From Bdellovibrionales bacterium (GTDB taxonomy: Bacteria; Bdellovibrionota; Bdellovibrionia; Bdellovibrionales; UBA1609), in the NCBI GenBank assembly GCA_965205945.1, contig CBDBIB010000002.1, forward strand, positions 192,001 through 256,000: a DNA stretch of 64,000 nucleotides. Reading direction: 5' to 3'. How positions within the stretch are numbered: position 1 is the first letter of the stretch; every line of letters begins with the position of its first letter. The notes beneath the pieces are model-generated. The model saw nothing but the letters and a program-made list of their open reading frames with translations, made no database searches and was not told the DNA's origin. Below are positions 60,178 to 64,000 of this stretch, in pieces. Both the position numbers and the translations under genes were made by a program.

Positions 60178-63100
60178 ATGAGCGATTTTAAAAATGAGAC
60201 TATAAAAAATAAACATTGGTTAAGTCTTGATGAGTGGAGACAAGATTCTGAGTTTAAGGAGTTGGCAGAAAGAGAGTTTCAAACTTCTCCTTTAGATGAA
60301 GAGAGTCAGTTTGGCTGGGCTAGGCGTGATTTTCTTAAATTAATGGGTGCTAGTTTAGCGCTTACATCCTTTGGCTGCGTTAGGCGTCCTATTCAAAAAA
60401 TAGTTCCCTACGTTAAAAGACCAGAGGGTCTTATTCCAGGAATTTCAAATTTTTATGCTTCAACTTATCAAGAGGGTGGAGATATTTATGGTTTAGTTGT
60501 TAAAACTCGTGAGGGAAAACCCATTAAGGTTGAGGGCAATGAGTTTTTTCCAGGTGTTGGAGAGGCTTTAAATGCCAGGGGGCAGGCTCATATATTAAGT
60601 CTTTATGACCCAGACCGTTTAACAGGACCTGTTCAAAATTTATTAAATCCTAAAAGAACTAATAAAGATACGATTAATAGGAGTTGGGAAAAAGCGGATG
60701 TTCAACTTTCTAAAAAAATCAAAGACGGTGGTGTTTATGTTTTATCAGGATCAAATCCATCAGAGTCTTCTAGAAAATTAATAAATGATTTTGTTTTAAA
60801 TCATGGTGGTGAGTATTTTGAGTGGGCACCATTTTCATATGAAGCGTTTAAAAAATCTTTTGCCGTGTTGGGCGCTAAAACTACAACACCTTTACCCAGG
60901 TATAGGCTTATAAACGCAAATTACATACTTTCTATAGGAACTGATTTTTTATCCACAGAATATGGCTCCCTTCAATTAGAAAAAGAATGGGGTGTAAGAC
61001 GTGATGTAGAAGGCAAACAAGCTCCCATTAAACTTACTCAAGTAGAGTCATTAATGACTCTTACCGGTATGAGTGCTGATGATAGAATTATTTTAAAACC
61101 CTCTGAGTATTTATCATTTTTATGTGCAGTAATATCTAAACTTGAAATCTTAAACACTTACTCAAAAAAAGCATCAGTCTATAAAGGTATTAAAAAGCTT
61201 TCTAAAAACACGTTAAAGAATGCTTATCGTGTGGCTAAGGAGCTTAAAAAAAATAAAACCAAATCCATTGTTATGGGGTTTGGTGTTCAGTCAAACAGCA
61301 GTGATTATATGCAGATTCAAAAAGCTGTTCATTATATAAATTTTGCTCTTAGTAATGATGGTAAAACTATTGATTACTCTCAAGCTCCATATGTTTCTTA
61401 CAGAGGTAGTACAAGTTCTATTGAAAAACTTATTCAAAAAATGAATTCAGGTAAAGTTAAGACGCTTATTATTCATGATTCAAACCCTGCTTATACCTAT
61501 GCAGACCAAATTAAACTTAGAGCAGCGTTAAGTAAGGTGCCTACGGTTATTTATACAGGGGATAAAAATGATGAAACAGGTTCTATTTCACATTGGATTC
61601 TACCAGACGATCATTTAATGGAAAAATGGAATGAGTTTGAAGGGCTTAAAAATGTGTACTCTGTTTGTCAACCAACAATTTCACCACTTTATAAAACAAG
61701 GGCCTTTGAACAAACTTTATTAAAGTGGTCTGGTGGAAAAAAAACTTGGTATGATGTTGTAAGAAAAACTTGGGAAAATAGATATAATGCAAATAAAGTA
61801 AGATCTGGTTTTTCTGATTTTGAAACATTCTGGGTTAACCTTTTACAAAAAGGTGTTTGGGATTTATCTAATTTAAAAAATTCTATTAAGCCAACTCGAG
61901 CGTTTGTGGGCTCTTTTAATGCTAAATATAATCAACATCAGGGTGAAGAACTAGTTGTTTATCCAACAATAAATTTAGGTGAAGGGAAATTTTCTAACGT
62001 AAGCTGGCTCCAAGAGCTTCCTAATCCAGTGACAAAAATAGTTTGGGATAACTATCTTTCTATTTCAATAGACTATGCTAAAGATCATGATTTAAGAGAA
62101 GGGGATGTTGTAGAAGTTTTTAAAGAGGGTTATAAGGTTAAAGTTCCTGTTCATATTCAACCAGGCCAAGACCCTAAAACTTTAGGGCTGTCTTTAGGCT
62201 ATGGAAGAAAAGGTGCGGGTAAGGTTTGTGAGGGTGTGGGTGAAAACGCATTTCCCTTTATAAAAGATGGGAAGCATTCATCCTTAATGGTAGTTGTTAG
62301 AAAAACTACTAAAAAAATAGAACTTGCAAATACACAGGGTCATCATGCAATGCAGGGCCGTCAAATTGTTACAGAAGCCTCTTATAAGGAGTTTAAGGAG
62401 AATAAAGAGGCCGGTATTCATAAACATAAAATTTTTTCTCTTTGGTCTAAACATAAATACACAGGTCATAAATGGGGAATGTCAGTAGATTTATCAAAAT
62501 GTACAGGTTGCTCGGCTTGTGTAATTGCATGTCAATCTGAAAATAATATTCCTGTTGTGGGTAAGAAACATGTTTTAAATGGACGTGAAATGCATTGGAT
62601 TAGAGTTGATAGGTATTACTCAGGAGATCCAAAAGCCCCACGTGTAGTTCACCAACCAGTAATGTGTCAACATTGTGATAATGCTCCATGTGAAACTGTT
62701 TGCCCTGTTTTAGCTACTGTTCACTCAAGTGAGGGCACTAATGATATGGTTTACAACAGGTGCGTTGGAACAAGGTATTGTTCTAACAACTGCCCTTATA
62801 AAGTAAGAAGATTTAACTGGTTTAATTATTCTAAAGTTGAATCTCCATTAAACATGGCTTTAAATCCTGAAGTGACTGTTAGGTCTAGAGGAGTAATGGA
62901 GAAATGCACTTTTTGTATTCATAAGATTCAAGATGGAAAATCTAAAGCGGTGCTTGAAAAAAGAAAGCTTAAAGAGGGTGATATTAAAACAGCTTGTCAA
63001 ATGACTTGTCCAACTAAAGCAATCGTTTTTGGTGATATGAATGATAAAGAATCAAGCGTGAGCAAGAAATTTAATAAGGAAAGAACTTACCAGCTTTTAG

Positions 63101-63249
63101 AAGAGATCAATAATGTTCCTTCTGTAAGGTATATGACTAAAATTTGGAACACTGATAAAGCTATAGCAGGGATTACACATCATGAATCTGATCATAGTAA
63201 AAAAAAGGAGGGGGTAAAAAAACCGCACGCTAAAGGAGAAATACACTAA
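60178..63249 (+). CDS. actB: alternative complex III subunit B (Tat-exported molybdopterin-oxidoreductase-like + Fe-S domains)
   Basis: RRDFLKLMGAS Tat motif, CTGCSACVIAC, CQHC..APC, CVGTRYCSNNCPY, RGVMEKC. Confidence 0.93.
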   Translation: MSDFKNETIKNKHWLSLDEWRQDSEFKELAEREFQTSPLDEESQFGWARRDFLKLMGASLALTSFGCVRRPIQKIVPYVKRPEGLIPGISNFYASTYQEGGDIYGLVVKTREGKPIKVEGNEFFPGVGEALNARGQAHILSLYDPDRLTGPVQNLLNPKRTNKDTINRSWEKADVQLSKKIKDGGVYVLSGSNPSESSRKLINDFVLNHGGEYFEWAPFSYEAFKKSFAVLGAKTTTPLPRYRLINANYILSIGTDFLSTEYGSLQLEKEWGVRRDVEGKQAPIKLTQVESLMTLTGMSADDRIILKPSEYLSFLCAVISKLEILNTYSKKASVYKGIKKLSKNTLKNAYRVAKELKKNKTKSIVMGFGVQSNSSDYMQIQKAVHYINFALSNDGKTIDYSQAPYVSYRGSTSSIEKLIQKMNSGKVKTLIIHDSNPAYTYADQIKLRAALSKVPTVIYTGDKNDETGSISHWILPDDHLMEKWNEFEGLKNVYSVCQPTISPLYKTRAFEQTLLKWSGGKKTWYDVVRKTWENRYNANKVRSGFSDFETFWVNLLQKGVWDLSNLKNSIKPTRAFVGSFNAKYNQHQGEELVVYPTINLGEGKFSNVSWLQELPNPVTKIVWDNYLSISIDYAKDHDLREGDVVEVFKEGYKVKVPVHIQPGQDPKTLGLSLGYGRKGAGKVCEGVGENAFPFIKDGKHSSLMVVVRKTTKKIELANTQGHHAMQGRQIVTEASYKEFKENKEAGIHKHKIFSLWSKHKYTGHKWGMSVDLSKCTGCSACVIACQSENNIPVVGKKHVLNGREMHWIRVDRYYSGDPKAPRVVHQPVMCQHCDNAPCETVCPVLATVHSSEGTNDMVYNRCVGTRYCSNNCPYKVRRFNWFNYSKVESPLNMALNPEVTVRSRGVMEKCTFCIHKIQDGKSKAVLEKRKLKEGDIKTACQMTCPTKAIVFGDMNDKESSVSKKFNKERTYQLLEEINNVPSVRYMTKIWNTDKAIAGITHHESDHSKKKEGVKKPHAKGEIH

Positions 63250-64000
63250 TGAGTTTAAAAGAAAAACTCTTAATTAAGGGTAATAAAACTGCTAAAAATG
63301 TTTCTGATGATGTGGCCTCTTTAGTTGAACGTCCTCCAGGCATAAGATGGTTTATGATGGTTGGCGGAACTAAAATGCTCATGCTTTTTTATTTTTGTTG
63401 TTTAGCAATGATAATATCTGTGGGTATGGGTTTAATGGGTGTGAATCATCCAGTAGGCTGGGGGACTGATATTGTTACTTTTGTCTTCTGGGTAGGTATT
63501 GGTCATGCTGGAACATTAATTTCAGCTGTGCTTTATCTTTTTCGCCAAAAGTGGAGAACTTCAATAGCAAGATCAGCAGAAGCTATGACAGTATTTGCTG
63601 TTGCCACAGCAGGTATTTTTCCAATTATACATACAGGAAGACCATGGCTTGCATTTTGGTTGCTTCCATATCCAAATCAAAGAGGACCTTTATGGGTTAA
63701 CTTTAGATCGCCATTGTTATGGGATGTTTTTGCAATTTCAACATATGCTATAGTGTCAATAATGTTTTGGTATGTTGGTATGATTCCTGACTTTGCAACA
63801 TTAAGGGATAGAGCAAAAAAAGAGGGTAAAAAGATTTCAAATAAAATTTTTGGAGCGTTGTCGTTGGGGTGGAGAGGGGCCACAAGAGATTGGAGCCATT
63901 ATGAAATGGTTTATTTAATTCTTGCTGCTTTATCTACGCCGTTGGTTTTATCGGTTCATTCTATTGTATCCTTTGATTTTGCCGTGGCGCAACTACCAGG
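63249..64000 (+). CDS. actC: alternative complex III subunit C (NrfD family), runs off the window
   Basis: ATG overlaps the actB stop. FVFWVGIGHAGTLISA, WRTSIARSAEAMT, HTGRPW, NFRSPLLWDVFA. Confidence 0.93.
   Translation, partial: MSLKEKLLIKGNKTAKNVSDDVASLVERPPGIRWFMMVGGTKMLMLFYFCCLAMIISVGMGLMGVNHPVGWGTDIVTFVFWVGIGHAGTLISAVLYLFRQKWRTSIARSAEAMTVFAVATAGIFPIIHTGRPWLAFWLLPYPNQRGPLWVNFRSPLLWDVFAISTYAIVSIMFWYVGMIPDFATLRDRAKKEGKKISNKIFGALSLGWRGATRDWSHYEMVYLILAALSTPLVLSVHSIVSFDFAVAQLP

Noticed and set aside
4265..63883. Short antisense or nested ORFs in the track (e.g. 4265-4549, 4826-5083, 10011-10232, 11619-11972, 16874-17290, 24420-25612, 31390-31695, 41061-41354, 42602-42814, 59798-60121, 63677-63883)
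   Set aside because: They are shadows of well-supported genes and carry no recognisable motifs
1..64000. CRISPR array, cas genes or rRNA
   Set aside because: No regularly spaced 25-45 nt repeats, cas-like ORFs or rRNA signatures were seen by eye

Overview
AT-rich bacterial chromosomal window. Gene content (CarD, monomeric NADP-IDH, Leu/Phe/Val dehydrogenase, system II cytochrome c maturation, alternative complex III, RNase HI with a C-terminal hybrid-binding domain, sigma54-type promoter) suggests a Bdellovibrionota or deltaproteobacteria-like organism; this is inference. Most of the window is housekeeping: guaBA, dnaE, lipB, trpS, sucAB-lpdA, waaA/GT9, yfgM-bamB-like, msrB, rpsN, icd, carD-gltX, uvrBC, xerD, rnhA, resB-ccsA, actABC, tRNA-Val(GAC) and tRNA-Leu(CAA). 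There are two accessory regions. (1) About 7.3-16.4 kb, starting at the 3' end of tRNA-Val: a decayed prophage replication module, a small-protein plus retropepsin pair, a HigBA-like toxin-antitoxin module with an operator palindrome, a dead IS3, a heavily insert-expanded S8 protease, and IS5/IS256 remnants. (2) About 55.5-59.4 kb: an NRAMP transporter, a signal-peptide plus Rhs-core plus C-terminal-domain gene with no YD-repeat shell and no immunity gene, and a dead IS5 (IS903 group). The best candidates for something new are the shell-less mini-Rhs, a 5' half tRNA-Leu whose anticodon loop is exactly inverted, the S8 protease, and an unannotated 45-aa Cys-rich lipoprotein. No CRISPR array or rRNA was seen. 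All family assignments come from motif recognition by eye, not database searches.
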